Source: Octopus vulgaris
Taxonomy: Eukaryota
Direction of reading: 5' to 3'
Assembly: GCA_951406725.2 (NCBI GenBank)
Contig: OX597827.1
Location: forward strand, 74,462,001 to 74,526,000
Length of the DNA stretch: 64,000 nucleotides
Position 1 is the stretch's first letter, and each line of letters starts with the position of its first letter. Positions 26,501 to 37,980 of the stretch are shown piece after piece. The notes beneath the pieces were generated by a model, which had not been told where the DNA came from, made no database searches, and saw only the letters and a program-made list of their open reading frames with translations. The position numbers and the translations under genes were made by a program.

Positions 26501-27454
26501 CTTCTCCATAATGGTAATTTGAAGCACTCCATTCCTATTGCACACTCCACTCCTTTCATCTTCATGAATTATATGAGAATATGGAACTTTTACTTCATGC
26601 CGTTGCCTATGAAAGGTATTCATGGAAAATATGTGGAGATTTGAAAGTCATTGGAATGTCAATTGGAAGGCAGTCAGGTTTCACAAAATACTGTTGTTTC
26701 TTGTGTCTATGGGATACTCGGGAAACTGACAGATATTATTAGGAATCAAACTGGCAAACAAGAACATCAGGACTGTTCAGCATCATGAATACAACTCTTG
26801 TAGATCCATGTAATGTCCTAGTGCCCCCTTTGCATATAAAACTTAGACTGATGAAACTGTTTGTAATGACACCAGGGAAGAAGAATGGCAGAGGGTTTGA
26901 GTATATTATAGAAAACTTACCGAAAATCACTCAGGCGAAGTTGAAAGAGAGTATCTTTGTCGAGCCCCAAATTAGAGAAGTACTCAAAGATATCAACTTC
27001 AAGAAGACACTGAATGAACTGAAATTGCCTGCCTGAAATGTTTTCAATAGTATGTGTAACAATTTCTTAGGCAACAAAGGATGCAAAGGACCACAAGGAT
27101 GGCCTGAAGAATCTTCTGAAATGTTACTCAGTAATGGGTTGTCGTATGCCACCGAAAGTTCACTTCTTGATCTCCCACCTAGATTTCTCCGCAGATAACC
27201 TTTGAGTAGTCTCTGATGAAAATAGTGGTGAGCAATTCATATATATCTCAATAACCAAATACCTCAGAGAGTAAGGACACTAACCCAAAATTTAGTGCTC
27301 GTTCAACCATATTACATGTAAAGGTAAAACAATGCAAGAAACAGATAAATATTCACATACCGACACCAAATTGCAGCTGCCATTCCCATGGCTAGAATGA
27401 CAAACAGAAGCAATGGAACTAATACAGACACTAGGATATTCTTGCTTGTTTTCT
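453..27454 (-). CDS. Receptor-type protein tyrosine phosphatase, partial (TM + juxtamembrane + PTP D1 + start of probable D1-D2 linker); 11 exons: 27361-27454, 22094-22179, 19717-19856, 18366-18453, 17371-17444, 16247-16271, 14545-14642, 11123-11245, 3630-3790, 2560-2695, 453-602
   Basis: All introns are GT-AG with matching phases and there are no stops. Spliced translation: xKTSKNILVSVLVPLLLFVILAMGMAAAIWCRKKKQIAKRGKRIRKTSENMYSEAIPDDTAHIYDDIQMKESEGVYINEASSSSHSYLLNYVAQEKQEVEPYNDEFLRLPQTLPMPYTEATKPENTRKNLHNFILPYDHSRVKLQPDEISSSDYINANFINNQRYIACQGPTQSTLTDFWRMIWQLKCNTIIALNDTITAGKMKCMQYWPDEENNESFGTIQISHIKTMYHSTYIHRSFTISKTGVSQNENESWTIDQFFFRKWPDHDIPQHAEYILNFIHAIKSMDIKYPVVVHCSAGVGRTGTYICIDILLNEMLSGEAIDVLACVTKLREERMHMVQKRIQLEFIYDVLVENILTGDYDIDVSNIPEEFSRIKETDNSSRVSILEHQFQ. 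Classical PTP motifs occur in order. Confidence 0.95.
1720..1905 (+). mobile_element. SINE-like short interspersed repeat with (TG)n tail
   Basis: Shares GCTTGCTTACCAAC...GTCCCACTGC...GTGTCTT...GGATTTGGT with an inverted copy at 62194-62313 and a more decayed one near 14120-14230. Confidence 0.6.
1955..1998 (+). ncRNA. Minimal type-I hammerhead-ribozyme-like motif in a Penelope-type terminal repeat (repeat about 1923-2070)
   Basis: ACAC-CTGATGA-A-stem II (degenerate)-GAAA-CG-TT-GCGT. The same repeat occurs at 45141-45260. Confidence 0.5.
2560..2695 (-). CDS. RPTP exon: P-loop (S)AGVGRTGTY...RMHMVQKR
   Basis: ctttcag acceptor, GTGAGT donor, 136 nt phase 2-0. Completes HCSAGVGRTG with the previous exon. 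Confidence 0.97.
3630..3790 (-). CDS. RPTP exon: WPD loop to VVVHC(S)
   Basis: tttacag acceptor, GTTTGT donor, 161 nt phase 0-2; encodes KWPDHDIP and PVVVHC. Confidence 0.95.
6351..6650 (-). mobile_element. tRNA-derived SINE; second copy 21217-21510 (-)
   Basis: Minus strand starts TGGCCTAGTGGTTAGGG (A box) ... GGATTCGAATC (B box). The body is shared with 21217-21510. Confidence 0.8.
7720..8375 (+). mobile_element. Penelope-like retroelement fragment (N-terminal to RT), decayed
   Basis: Interrupted peptides RRMRxKAF, GLNLGSAHP/KSxKCPP, SDRTKHLY, ITTKAHKPNF, typical of Penelope-like ORFs; frameshifts present. Confidence 0.6.
8378..10120 (-). mobile_element. Non-LTR retrotransposon RT remnant, R4/Dong-like
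   Basis: Minus-strand peptides NYRPIASLNSMCKVYT, QAGGKK, KGIFQGDNLSVLLFILALNPL, YVDDLTIYAK, with stops and frameshifts. Confidence 0.75.
8773..9032. mobile_element. Mariner-derived MITE nested in the LINE remnant
   Basis: TIRs TGGGTTGGTGCATAATTATTGCGGCT / AGCCGCAATAATTATGCACCAACCCA with TA flanks. Confidence 0.85.
10121..10244. repeat. (TATG)n microsatellite
   Basis: Directly visible. Confidence 0.99.
11123..11245 (-). CDS. RPTP exon: MKCMQYWP...RSFTISK
   Basis: ttttgcag acceptor, GTAAGG donor, 123 nt phase 0-0; KCxxYWP motif. Confidence 0.95.
12116..12491 (+). mobile_element. Internally deleted Tc1/mariner-superfamily element
   Basis: About 50 bp TIRs CAGGGTGATTCAAAAGTC...TTTATCTTTTTATAA with TA target duplication; residual transposase C-terminus PRFPDLTPFDFYLWGHLKGMVY. 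Confidence 0.9.
14545..14642 (-). CDS. RPTP exon: (G)PTQSTLTDFWRMIWQ...AGK
   Basis: TAG acceptor, GTATGT donor, 98 nt phase 1-0; TxxDFWxMIW motif. Confidence 0.95.
16247..16271 (-). CDS. RPTP micro-exon NQRYIACQ(G)
   Basis: ttgtttcag acceptor, GTATGT donor, 25 nt phase 0-1; YIAxQGP motif. Confidence 0.9.
16531..17130 (+). mobile_element. Probable non-autonomous Helitron-like 5' segments, internally duplicated
   Basis: TC-start ...TATATAAATC motifs, and duplicated blocks TTTGCACACACATTACTTATG...GCGTAATTGGACGTAAAGGGACATAG at about 16717 and 16947. Confidence 0.4.
17371..17444 (-). CDS. RPTP exon: (Y)DHSRVKL...DYINANFIN
   Basis: tttcag acceptor, GTATGT donor, 74 nt phase 1-0; DxxRVxL and DYINAN motifs. 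Confidence 0.95.
18366..18453 (-). CDS. RPTP exon: RLPQ...ENTRKNLHNFILP(Y), the pTyr-loop exon
   Basis: tttgtag acceptor, GTAAAT donor, 88 nt phase 0-1; positionally matches the NxxKNRYxNIxPYD motif. Confidence 0.9.
18526..18745 (+). mobile_element. tRNA-derived SINE with a conserved GC(C)TTTCATCCTTTCGGGGTCGAT central block (MetaSINE/MESC-like); other copies 22791-22960 (+), 47955-48185 (+), 58085-58220 (-)
   Basis: AAGGCGGCGA(T/G)CTGG head, GAGTTCAAATTCC B box and a shared body across four copies. The family name is recalled, not verified. Confidence 0.75.
19717..19856 (-). CDS. RPTP juxtamembrane exon (A)HIYDDIQ...PYNDEFL
   Basis: TAG acceptor, GTCAGT donor, 140 nt phase 1-0, open frame ending in the EF typical just before PTP D1. 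Confidence 0.82.
20030..20320 (+). mobile_element. 3' end of a CR1-like LINE with an internal tandem duplication of about 42 bp (20149-20234)
   Basis: GPALFNIVPREIK...FKQSLDRFLQRIPDKP resembles the CR1 C-terminus at 60357-60674. Confidence 0.65.
22094..22179 (-). CDS. RPTP basic stop-transfer exon (R)KKKQIAKRGKRIRK...PDDT
   Basis: TAG acceptor, GTAGGT donor, 86 nt phase 2-1; bridges the TM and juxtamembrane exons in frame. Confidence 0.8.
23109..24856 (-). mobile_element. Decayed mariner transposon with an internal insertion
   Basis: TIRs TCAGGCTGAGTAAAAAGTAAGCAACATTTTGAA / TTCAAAATGTTGATTACATTTTACTCAACCTGA, TA on both sides; peptides KWVPHNL, ILTCDEK, LHNNARPY, HPAYSPDFCPTDY. Confidence 0.92.
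25242..27230 (+). mobile_element. Decayed DNA transposon, Chapaev(-3)-like transposase pseudogene, 3'-truncated
   Basis: Zn-finger N-terminus CHACG...DQDTLWAPHIICSAC...REPKD...CCSC, then WHLFIDSSK, ICGDLKV, TKYCCFLCLWD, PPLHIKL, KVHFL; CAC start near 25242; multiple stops. The superfamily call rests on recalled motifs. Confidence 0.7.
27361..27454 (-). CDS. RPTP transmembrane exon (ILVSVLVPLLLFVILAMGMAAAIWC)
   Basis: ttccag acceptor, GTATGT donor, 94 nt phase 1-2; about 25 hydrophobic residues followed by R. Confidence 0.85.
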
Positions 27455-27621
27455 CTGGAATGTTAAAGAAAAGGTATTGCTTATATACACATATTTACAC
27501 ATATGTGCATCAACATATATGTACAAACACAAAAATGCATGCATATATATATATATATACATATATACAAACACACACACACAGACATACATACATACAG
27601 TCACCTGAGTATTATACTTGA

Positions 27622-27860
27622 TGTACTGGAGCTCTCTCGGTTACAACAGCGAGGGTTCCAACTGATTCGATCAACTTAACATCCTGCTCGCGAAATTAAC
27701 GTGCAAGTGGCTGAGCACTCCGCGGAGACGTGTATACTTAACGCAGTTTTCGGTGAGATTCAGCGTGACATAGAATGTGACAGGGGTAGCCCTTTGAATT
27801 ATAAGTACTACTCATTTTTGCCTGATATAGAAACTGGACCAACATGAAATGAAGTGTTCT
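27622..27860 (-). mobile_element. SINE 3' body, same family as 56799-57097
   Basis: Reverse complement aligns by eye with 56900-57097. Confidence 0.75.
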
Positions 27861-28329
27861 ATGAAGGGCTTGTGAAAGTGTATACACACATCCACTTCTA
27901 CCTTGTTTTTTTCCTCTTAACTCAGTATGGCTTATCGATCACCACTAACATTAATGAGATTTGTACATTCAAACAAATTAATATACAGTTTTAATTTTAA
28001 TGACTGCTATGACCATTTCAACTTGTACCTGTTCTCCTAATTCATAATGCTAAATTTATCTGTTTTGAAGATTTAAATTTGTCAATATTAAAATATTTTA
28101 ATTTGTCAACATTGAAACTTTTAAAGATATATTCTAATTCATAATATTAAACTTTTACCACTGATAAACAAAAATATTTTTGAAACTAGTTTGGTATATA
28201 TGGAAATAAATGTATTTTAAACAATTACGGTTTTTCAAATTTAGGTGCATTTTCAACAACAAATTTGCCTAATATGTATACACACACATATTCTTTTTGT
28301 TTATATGTAGTGAAGTAGATATGCGAGCT

Positions 28330-28930
28330 AGCATGGTCTCTCCACAACCCCCTCCTACACCGACATGTTAAAAATACATTTCTATCAATAAACATTCCAA
28401 AACTAAACTTATATTTTTTCCTCTTTTTATAATCACTCTTTTACAAAAAAACATGTATCTTACACCTCATTAACACCATCACTTCCAGACACACACCTAA
28501 AGTCATCTTTAACATAGAAAATTACTGAAGTCTCTCTTTACAAAGAATTTCAAAAACATTGACCACTATCATTTTTAACAAATGTCAGCTATTCAAATGG
28601 CATTAACGGGAGGCCTTAATAAAACACTCTTTAAACACCCCATCACCTTCCAACTCCACCACCAATCATCTTGTTTTTACCATTCACCAATGTCTTTGAG
28701 CTCTGGTTCATCAACATTCCTTACACCCACTCTTATTAAAAAACCCCAAACCCACCCCATACATACCCAAATTTCTTATATACAGAATTGCACAACACAA
28801 CCTAAGATCAGTTTGACAAGCTCCACAGATAAATGCGAGAAAATTCTTCTGTAAAGTTAACAAGAAAGGCTTAAAAAAATCTTCCCACCAAAGTTAATAG
28901 AGAACTTACTAGATCTATAAACCAAATTGT
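28330..28930 (+). mobile_element. Highly decayed Penelope-like GIY-YIG end
   Basis: Residual ALTGGLNKTLFKH..TF resembles the GxTxGxFKxRxxxH motif; C/A-rich composition. Confidence 0.35.
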
Positions 28931-29047
28931 AAAATTATATTATTAGAATATTAAATTGATTAGAACTACCAGTAAAGTCATCCTATTTTCAAATATGCCT
29001 AACTGCACCGAGGATTGCACAAACACACACAAACACACGCACACACG

Positions 29048-29133
<86 letters not shown>

Positions 29134-29135
29134 CA

Positions 29136-29224
29136 TACGAGGGGGTGTATGAAAAATCTAGAGCCTCAAAAACAAAACATAGTACAAGACTTTAAGGCTC
29201 AAAACTGTTCATACACCCCTCATA
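29136..29224. mobile_element. About 90 bp mariner-type MITE in a (TA)n tract
   Basis: TA-CGAGGGGGTGTATGAA ... TTCATACACCCCTCA-TA inverted termini. Confidence 0.7.
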
Positions 29225-29559
29225 TATATATATATATAGTTATATAATATTCATCGACGAGGAAAGTAAAGTTTTTTATTTAACAATATTATTTAGCTTT
29301 TGAATTGTATTATGTTTGATCATTATTATTATTAATGTTGTTAAAATACTAATTTTTATATATAATTTCTTGATAATTACTAGTTGCGATATGTATATCT
29401 ATTTATTTATTATGTTTATTATAGTTTTTATAATGTGATTTAGCGTACATATAATTTAATTTGAGAAATAGTTTTGTAAAACAATATATTATTTAATAGT
29501 TAGGGGGTCAATTTATAACGAAGTATTGCATTTAAGTAAATACGTTTAATATTAAAAGA

Positions 29560-31690
29560 GAATGGAGATGTGCTGGGACACCGACATGCAGTATTTTGAG
29601 TTTTGCCTTCTCTACTGTTTATGGACGGAGCTGATGCTCTTTGTGCCTCTTGTCACGATGTGGGTCCAACTGAAATGTTTGATACTAAATTTATCTAAGT
29701 GCGTTTTGAAGATTCCCACATCCACACTTTACTAATCTTTTAGGTTACTTCACAAGATATTAAATAGTTATTGTTCCTTGACGTCCAATCCTGGGTCATT
29801 ATATGGAATGAAGAAGATGGTATGTTTGGTATCAGACAATATTGCCCAGTTCGGTTGCTTCTATAGCTTTTAATTCAAACGTTAGTAGCTATACCTTCCA
29901 GAACCTTCTATATTATATCATTGCATACATTTTCGCTTTCTCTCGAGAGGGGAGAGCGTCGGTTCTTTTATCCTCTCACAGTAGCACATCTGTTTTACCG
30001 AGTCAATATTCTTTACATCGACCACAGTTGGGAGTAGTAATCCACTGTTGGGAGTAGTAATCCAAATGAGTGCTGCAAGCTATGCATATTTCTGGTTCTG
30101 AATGATCTAAGGATCTATCCAACTACTCGCCTGGGCAACTTTGTTATCTTGGTAATATGCACATGGAATGTTGCATCATTATTAATTTGGATTCCTAGAT
30201 AATGCACCGATTCTAACTCCGGAATTGCACTATCGCCTGGTCCTATGTATTCCGATTGTAGTCTCTTTATGGGCCAATAATGCTTGAAACTTATGAGCAT
30301 TGAGCTGCATGTTATTTTTAGCAGCCCATTTTTATATTGCCTGCAAGTTGTTTTGCAGCTTTTGCATGTTATCATGGCCCTGGACCACCTGAAATACTTT
30401 TGTATTATCGGCGTAACTGGTGTGAGCTGCTGACTGTACGACAATGGGGGGGGGGGGGGCATATCTGAGGGAGCCACCACAAACATTGGTGATCCCAGCA
30501 CAGTTCTTTGAGGAACTCCACTGCAAATTGATACCACCCCAGAGAAAGCATCATTGACTACAACAACCTGACTTCTGTCTTTTAAAAAGTCGTACAGCCA
30601 CTCTCCCAGTTTTCTAGTGATAACAAGATCAAGTAGTCTATGATATATCATCCCATGATTAGCGTTGTCAAAGGCTTTAGGAAAGTTGGGATATATCACA
30701 TCGGCTTTTGAGTGGTTTTCAGTACGCAATAATAATATTATAGTAGTTGTGTGAGGTATGTTTTTCAGCAAGTTATTCTCTTCCAAGGAGGTGATCAATC
30801 TCTTTCTGACAATGCGTTCCATGACCTTATGCGATGTAAGAGAGATAGGCCTGTGATTTTTAGCACTGCTCTCCTTCCTTCATTATATTATAGCCTCTTT
30901 TAACAGTCTGGTAGGTTTTCCACATGCAAGGATACTCTGAGAAATTATCTGCTATGATTTTGCGAAAGCTTTCTTACATATTTTCAGGAGAACATCCAGA
31001 AATCCATCAGGACCAGTTGCTGAGTCTGAGCTCATCTCAACAATAGCTAGTATTACATCTATCTCTATTGTATCGATGTAATCGATGGCTGGCTTTTCAT
31101 ATTGGTCTGTAAGCTGGCTTACTTTCCTGTTTCCCAGTGGAGAGGTGAAGACATTGTGATATTGCTTATTTAGTACTTCACTTATCTTCTTGGAGTCTGC
31201 TGTTAGCAAGCCGACTACTCTAAAAAATGGGCCTATCTTCTAGTGCACTGTGGCAGATTCTTTCGCTAACTTGTAGAAGGCTTTAGAATTTATTTTTATA
31301 TTTTCTTCCGCAATGTTTTCTCATCCTATCCTTTCATTTTCATGGGTGACTCTGGGTTTATTTTCGATTTCTAATAGTCTCTCTTTGAGGAGGCATTTTT
31401 CGCTGTCATTAAGATTTATTTTATATCTCATAAGAACTTTCCTGTCTCGCGAATGATGCTTATGTATGTGGTCGCTCTCTTCTCTGGGACAAATTGAGTG
31501 CAAATGATTCACATTACTGACATAAATTCTTTAAGTTTCATATCAGTGCCTTGTATAGTGTGACATTTAGGTCGGTTTTGATGGATAACCCATTTTTCAA
31601 TTGACTTCCAGTCAGACATTTTAAAGTTCAGATTAAATAGAGTTTGGGTACTGTTTGTGTGAAATACAATATTAGATGTCAGTTCTAGTG
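29560..31690 (-). mobile_element. CR1-like LINE ORF2 remnant
   Basis: SATGPDGF, MERIVRKRLITSLEENNLL, DVIYPNFPKAFD, SGVPQRTVLG, SYADNTK; frameshifted. Confidence 0.9.
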
Positions 31691-32203
31691 AACCGGGAAC
31701 CATGTGATTCATAAGTGTGCTTCTTACCACACAGCCACTGCTGCGTTCATATAAGCGTGTGCGTGTGTGTGTGTATCTGTTTGGATACCTGTGTTGCTCG
31801 CCTACCATCGTTCTTGAACTAAACCTGTCTCTTTTTCTGTCTGCCTCTCTCTCTCTCTCTCTCTCTGTCACACACATATTTTTATATTTTCTTCCGCAAT
31901 GTTTTCTCATCCTATCCTTTCATTTTCATGGGTGACTCTGGGTTTATTTTCGATTTCTAATAGTCTCTCTTTGAGGAGGCATTTTTGCTGTGTTTTTACT
32001 GAGATCTCCCTTTTAGTAGAAGGAATAGCTATAACTCTTTGACTGCTATTTCTAAATTCGGTGTGTGGTGAGGCAATTCGTTGCTAAACCCTTAATTACT
32101 TAGTATTACTTAAACTTTCCTCGAATGAGGCTTTTACATGCCGAAATCTACTTGGTGTAATTGATGATTATTCCAAATTAATTAATTTCACCCTATATTG
32201 TTG

Positions 32204-32241
<38 letters not shown>

Positions 32242-32999
32242 AATTGATTGAATATACAATTGAAATAGCAAGTAAAAAACGAAAAAAGGAAAGAAATTAG
32301 AAAGAAATCGAACGTGAAGTCTGGCACAAAAACATTAGTTTGACGTTCAGTGTAAGGGGAGAGTTTAACCTTTCGAGTATAGCTCTTCGTCGGAAAGGTG
32401 AATGGGAGAGTCCAGAAGCTTAAGAAAAAGTCGCCAATGTCATAGAGTTACATTTCTGAAGTCACTTCTGAAGTACATCGATATACATGTATATATGTAT
32501 ATATGTTTACATGTATGTGTGTGTATATGTACACATATATACATGCATACACATATACATGTTCTTACACACAATCATATATATATATATAAACGCATAC
32601 GCAGACACACACACACACATATACACGTAAATTCACCACAATATAACTATTGACAGATGTATGTATACATATTCATTTACATATACATACGTAAATACAT
32701 ACAAACACCCATGTGTATATAAGCATGTCATAGACTCTCTCGTTGTTACATGACGTATGAGGGTTCGGCAAGAAATTGCCGAACAGCCAGACGGATGATT
32801 TGATTACAGTGATGAAATATGTTTGTAGGCATTACGTCAGTTCCTCCATCAAATCGACATTACCTGTGCAGGTGCAACTAGTGCCACATGTCAGATGAGG
32901 AAATGATTGCAGAGCAAAGTGAAATGAAGTGCTTTGCTCAAGAACACAAACGCAACACACAAGCTGACAATCAAACAAGCGGTCTCCTCGTAATCGTGA

Positions 33000-33044
<45 letters not shown>

Positions 33045-34371
33045 CAAGTAAAGGTAATAAACATCATTAAGGGATCATAAATCCAATGAAAGTACTGGTG
33101 AGTTATTCTTAATATATATATATATATATATTGAGCTTTCTCGGTTGGACTACTGTCCGTGCAATATCTATATTCCTTCCTGCCCTTGTTAAATCTTATG
33201 TCCCTGCCGTAAGGCTATATTTGCACACACGCCAGCTTAATTTAATTCGTCATTAGTCGAACGACACCTTTTGTTATATCTTGTTTTATATTTGTGTAAC
33301 ATTTCTGTTTTTTTTTCATCCTTGTTTCGAATACATTCACTGCTTTCTTCCAAGGAATCTAATGCTCTTAGCTTAGTTTTCTTTGAAACTGGCCAGATTA
33401 GAGCAATCTCGAGTATAACCAGCCGAAATTGTAAAGATAATCTGGAACTCGACTGAGGATAGAAAACTTCGAATGATCCGTCCTTGTTTTCCTTGTATCG
33501 TCTGTCTGGATATTTTGTTTTCGTTTTTTAAAATATATATAATTATGTGTATATAATTATGTGTATACACGTACATAGAATAGACACATATATGCATATA
33601 CACCCGCATATACACATATATATATGTGTACACAGCTTCACATACTCACGTACGGGTTTATGTGTACGTACCCGTTCCTGCCTATTTCCGAGTTAATTTG
33701 AGAATAGCTACAAGTTCCAATGGGAGTTATTCCATGAAGCGTGTCTGATCAAACTAAGCAATTTGATGAAGCAATAAAATAGTGAACCAACGAGATACTT
33801 CTTATTACATCATCTAATTAGACGCTTCTGCACCGAAGGACGCACCACAACTAGTCAAATAGTTTCACACCCGAGTGGGATGGATGCAGAAATTGTTTTC
33901 CATTTTCCGTCTGTATGGTTTGTTTTATATTCAACGTACACTGATAAATTCCTGAAGCACCTCCCTCTCTTACCTCCCAACCCCGCTCGGATGATTCCCT
34001 TACTCTAGATTCCGCTGCTACACTTGCTCTTTCATCACCAACACCACCTCCCTCACTGGATTCAAACACCAAACCCTCCACATTAGAAACTCCTCTTGCA
34101 CCTCTTCAAGCCTTATCTATTGCATTAGAGATAATCTCTGCAATAAACTATACGTTGGTCAGACGGACTGCTGCCTGGCCGACCGGTTCACGGAACATCT
34201 ACGAGATGTTCGGCTACGCACGAATACTCCCGTCGCCCGTCATTTCCGTTTGGCCAACCACTTCACCTCTTTTTTGAATTTTTTATTAATTTTTAATTTT
34301 TTCATCTTGTAACCTTCTCCATTTTTGCCCCTTTTTTACCGACCTTCTTTATCATATTTTATTTTATTTCT

Positions 34372-35530
34372 ATATACACGCACACATACATTCACACACG
34401 TACATATGCACACACATGTATACATACACGCACGTGCACGCATGAACTCACATATACCTCACATATACAACCCCCACACACACCATACACATACACACAA
34501 CATGCACACACATGCACACACATACATGCATGTACACACATACACACAGATACACACATGCACTTACACACGCACGCATGCGCATACACGCACACACCCA
34601 CGCACACATACAGGAACGCAAATATAACTCCACACACACGACTCCATGCACATACTCACATATACACACACCCATACACACACATACATAAACACACATA
34701 CGCACACATACACGCACGCGCACAGAGATGAATGCACATGTACTACACATATACATCATACACACACAATACGCACATACAAGCACACAAACAATACACA
34801 CATATACACATAAACACACGCACACACACACGCGCAGAAGTACACACATACCTAACACACACAACCCCAAGCACACACATACACAAACGTGCATACACAC
34901 ATACACGCACACACGTACACACAACTACACGCACATACAGACACATAAAGACACGCACATACATACGGACGCGCACACATACAGGAACGCATATACCCCT
35001 CCGAACGCACAACCCCACGTACACACACAACATACACAACCCCACGTACACATGCACACACATATACACATGCACACACACATATACACACTCATACACG
35101 CACATACAAATACATACGCACCCACATACACACACACGCACATGAACGCACACATACCTCCCATTCACACAACACAATCATACAAACACGCTCACAATTA
35201 CACATACAACGCCATGCACACACGCACATACACACGCACATGCACGCACGCATATACAGGAATGTACATATTACTCCACACTCACAAAGCCACGCACATG
35301 CATATACACACGAACATACACATACGCACATACACATATGTACACACACGCACGCACACGCACACACACACACAAGACACACACACATCATACACACACA
35401 CACATACTAGACACATACACACATATGCATACACCACACACAAGACACACACACATCATACACACACAGCATATACATAGACACACACACAGCATATACA
35501 TAGACGCACACATACATACACATGCACACA
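34372..35530. repeat. About 1.15 kb degenerate (CA)n/(CACA,CATA,CACG) low-complexity tract
   Basis: Directly visible; source of the spurious HT/CV ORFs. Confidence 0.97.
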
Positions 35531-35836
35531 ATACTTCAAACTACCTCTCAAACACATTTCTACTGATCATTCCTCTATGCACATGTGAAGAGACATAACT
35601 CCACAAAGGTCCACCACTCCTGTTACCATGCTGCTGAATGTTTCCAACTTTAAGAGACAAAGTTCACTCACACATCCACATATAAACATCCAAGACCACA
35701 CACACACGCATACACACACATACCATTACACCCACACCCACACGCAGACTAGCGCACACGCACATACTAAAACATACAGAGTCATACCTCCTTCTCTTAC
35801 ACTCTCCTGTCTTCGAACTGTTTCCCGTATTTTCAA

Positions 35837-36028
35837 AATGTGAATCGTTGGCGATTTTTTCTTCCATCTATTGGACTTTCCAGTCTCCTGTTTCTTAAGA
35901 AGAGCTTCGCTCGAAACGTAGAACCACTTTTCTTTCCTTCCCTTGAGCATCTGCTAATACTTTGCATGTATCACTCCTTGCTTTGTTTTTTTTTTCTTTC
36001 TTGTGTTTGATCTTCGTGGTTTTGGATT

Positions 36029-36068
<40 letters not shown>

Positions 36069-36267
36069 GATCCAAACAAGAAAGCAAAAAAACACAACAA
36101 CGCGAGGACGTGGAACAAATATAGTATTATTGGACGCTCAGGAAAGAAGGAAAGAAGGAGGGTTCAACGTTTCGAGCGGAGCTCTTCGTCGGAAACATAG
36201 AAGGAAAGATCCAGAGAAGGGAAGACAAAGAAAAAAAAATTGACAACGGTACACACGCGGTCACATT

Positions 36268-36270
<3 letters not shown>
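35837..36270. mobile_element. Tail-to-tail pair of related Penelope-type terminal repeats around (TA)n, each with a hammerhead-like motif (35890-35924 +, 36162-36196 -)
   Basis: GTTT-C(T/C)(T/G)A(A/C)GA-A-GAGC-loop-GCTC-GAAA-CG-T(A/T)-GAAC on opposite strands. Confidence 0.55.
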
Positions 36271-36314
<44 letters not shown>

Positions 36315-36318
36315 TATA

Positions 36319-36893
36319 TTGGGTCATTCCATAAATAATGTGGTTTTTTTTCAATCGCATGAACTAAAAGTTGAAATAAACTACCTGCATCAACCTGCTA
36401 TGAAAGCAGATAGTAATTCTCCCTCTTCCTTATTCTTAGTGCAAGTTTTGAAGGGTGAAGCTCGATTTAAACAGTTATTTTTTCAAAGCTATAATGGAAG
36501 TGACAAATGAGCACGTTCGGCATAGTTTGTTTTATTATGAGTTCAACAAAGGCAACAAAGAAACGGAAAGTGCGAGGGATATTAATGCAGTGTTTGGGGA
36601 TTGGAGAATAAGTGTAAGCCAGTGTCAACGGCGGTTCCAGGAGTTCCGAGCCGGAAACAACAACCAAGAAGACGAGCCAAATCTTGGAAGATCTGTAGAG
36701 CTCGAGAAAGATGTCTTGCAAACTCTGGCGGAACAAAATCCCATCGTAACTGTTGAGGAACTAGTACAGCAGCTTGGTTTTGGTCATTCAAGATGGAAAA
36801 GTATTGTAGAAAATTTTAGATCAAAAAAGCACTTTATCTTAATTTTTAAAAAAATGAGGGTTAAAAAACCGCATTATTCATGGGATGACCGAA
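36319..36893 (+). mobile_element. Internally deleted mariner retaining the HTH region
   Basis: TIRs TTGGGTCATTCCATAAATAATGTGGTTTTTT / AAAAAACCGCATTATTCATGGGATGACCGAA; MEVTNEHVRHSLFYYEFNKG...SARDINAVFG...FRAGN..EDEPNLGR. Confidence 0.9.
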
Positions 36894-37880
36894 TGTATAT
36901 ATATTTTCTTTTACTCTCTTACTGTATTCAGTCAGGGGCTGGGGCCGTACTGAAGCACCGACTTTCACAAGTTTTGGGTCTCCCTTCGGTATTATGCTTG
37001 ACGGCAAAACGAGTTGGACGGAACTGCAGCGCTTGATGTTTCCCAGTGGAGAGAAGAGACTCTAGAATTATTTATTTAGTACTTCACTTATCCTCTTTGG
37101 GTCTGCAGTTAACAAATCGACTTCAGATTGTTGACCTATCTTGTAGTGCACTGTGGCAGATTCTTTGAATAGTTGGTTTGGAAAAATACCTCCTCAATTC
37201 TGTCATGTTGTCTGAGAATTCTGCGATAAATACACACACGAGCAATTTAATGAACATTTTAAACAATAGGCATGCCTTCAGGAGGGAAATTGAAGGCAGT
37301 TTTAATACATATTCCAACATCAATTGATGTCATGCTGTGCATGATAACACATGCTCGGCAATCCTCATCTCGAGGCAGTATTAACATCTATTTCTAAAAT
37401 ATTTAAAGTATTTAATATATTTTTTTAAAATATTCATTACGTCAACTCTTGTGCGTTTCTAGCTTTTGGGCAATGAAATGTTACCGAAGTATTTATCACG
37501 AATATAGTAGTTACATTACTACCACCCTTTATCACTATACACCTGTGATAAGTTGTACGTATGGAAATAGTGGCATTTATTCTGTTCCTAACAATTTTGA
37601 TAAGTCCATTGTTGCCAGGTCATAGTTTCAGATTGTTTCTATATTACGTGTTTTGCACATTTCTTGCGTTATCATATCAATACATTAATGCGTGTACCTC
37701 TACGGACACAGGGAAACTAGTGATTTATTGATTACTGTCTTCCTGTTTCAGTAGAACTAAATTTGTTTACATATTCCATGGCTACTGAATACCTGCAACA
37801 AATGACGCTGAAAAAAAAATCTAGATTTAAACAATTTAACGTTTCGTCAGATTTTTATCACAACACATGAATGTGAGATG

Positions 37881-37980
37881 NNNNNNNNNNNNNNNNNNNN
37901 NNNNNNNNNNNNNNNNNNNNNNNNNNNNNNNNNNNNNNNNNNNNNNNNNNNNNNNNNNNNNNNNNNNNNNNNNNNNNNNN
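37881..37980. other. Assembly gap (100 N)
   Basis: Run of n; a round 100 usually marks an unsized scaffold join. Confidence 1.

Noticed and set aside
34325-35598. Long His/Thr- and Cys/Val-rich ORFs (up to 250 aa)
   Set aside because: Translations of a degenerate (CA)n tract; no splice or domain evidence.
37690-37810. Polypyrimidine + CAG acceptor on the minus strand near the gap, a candidate RPTP ectodomain exon
   Set aside because: All frames hit stops within about 25 codons and show no EGF, lectin or FN3 pattern.
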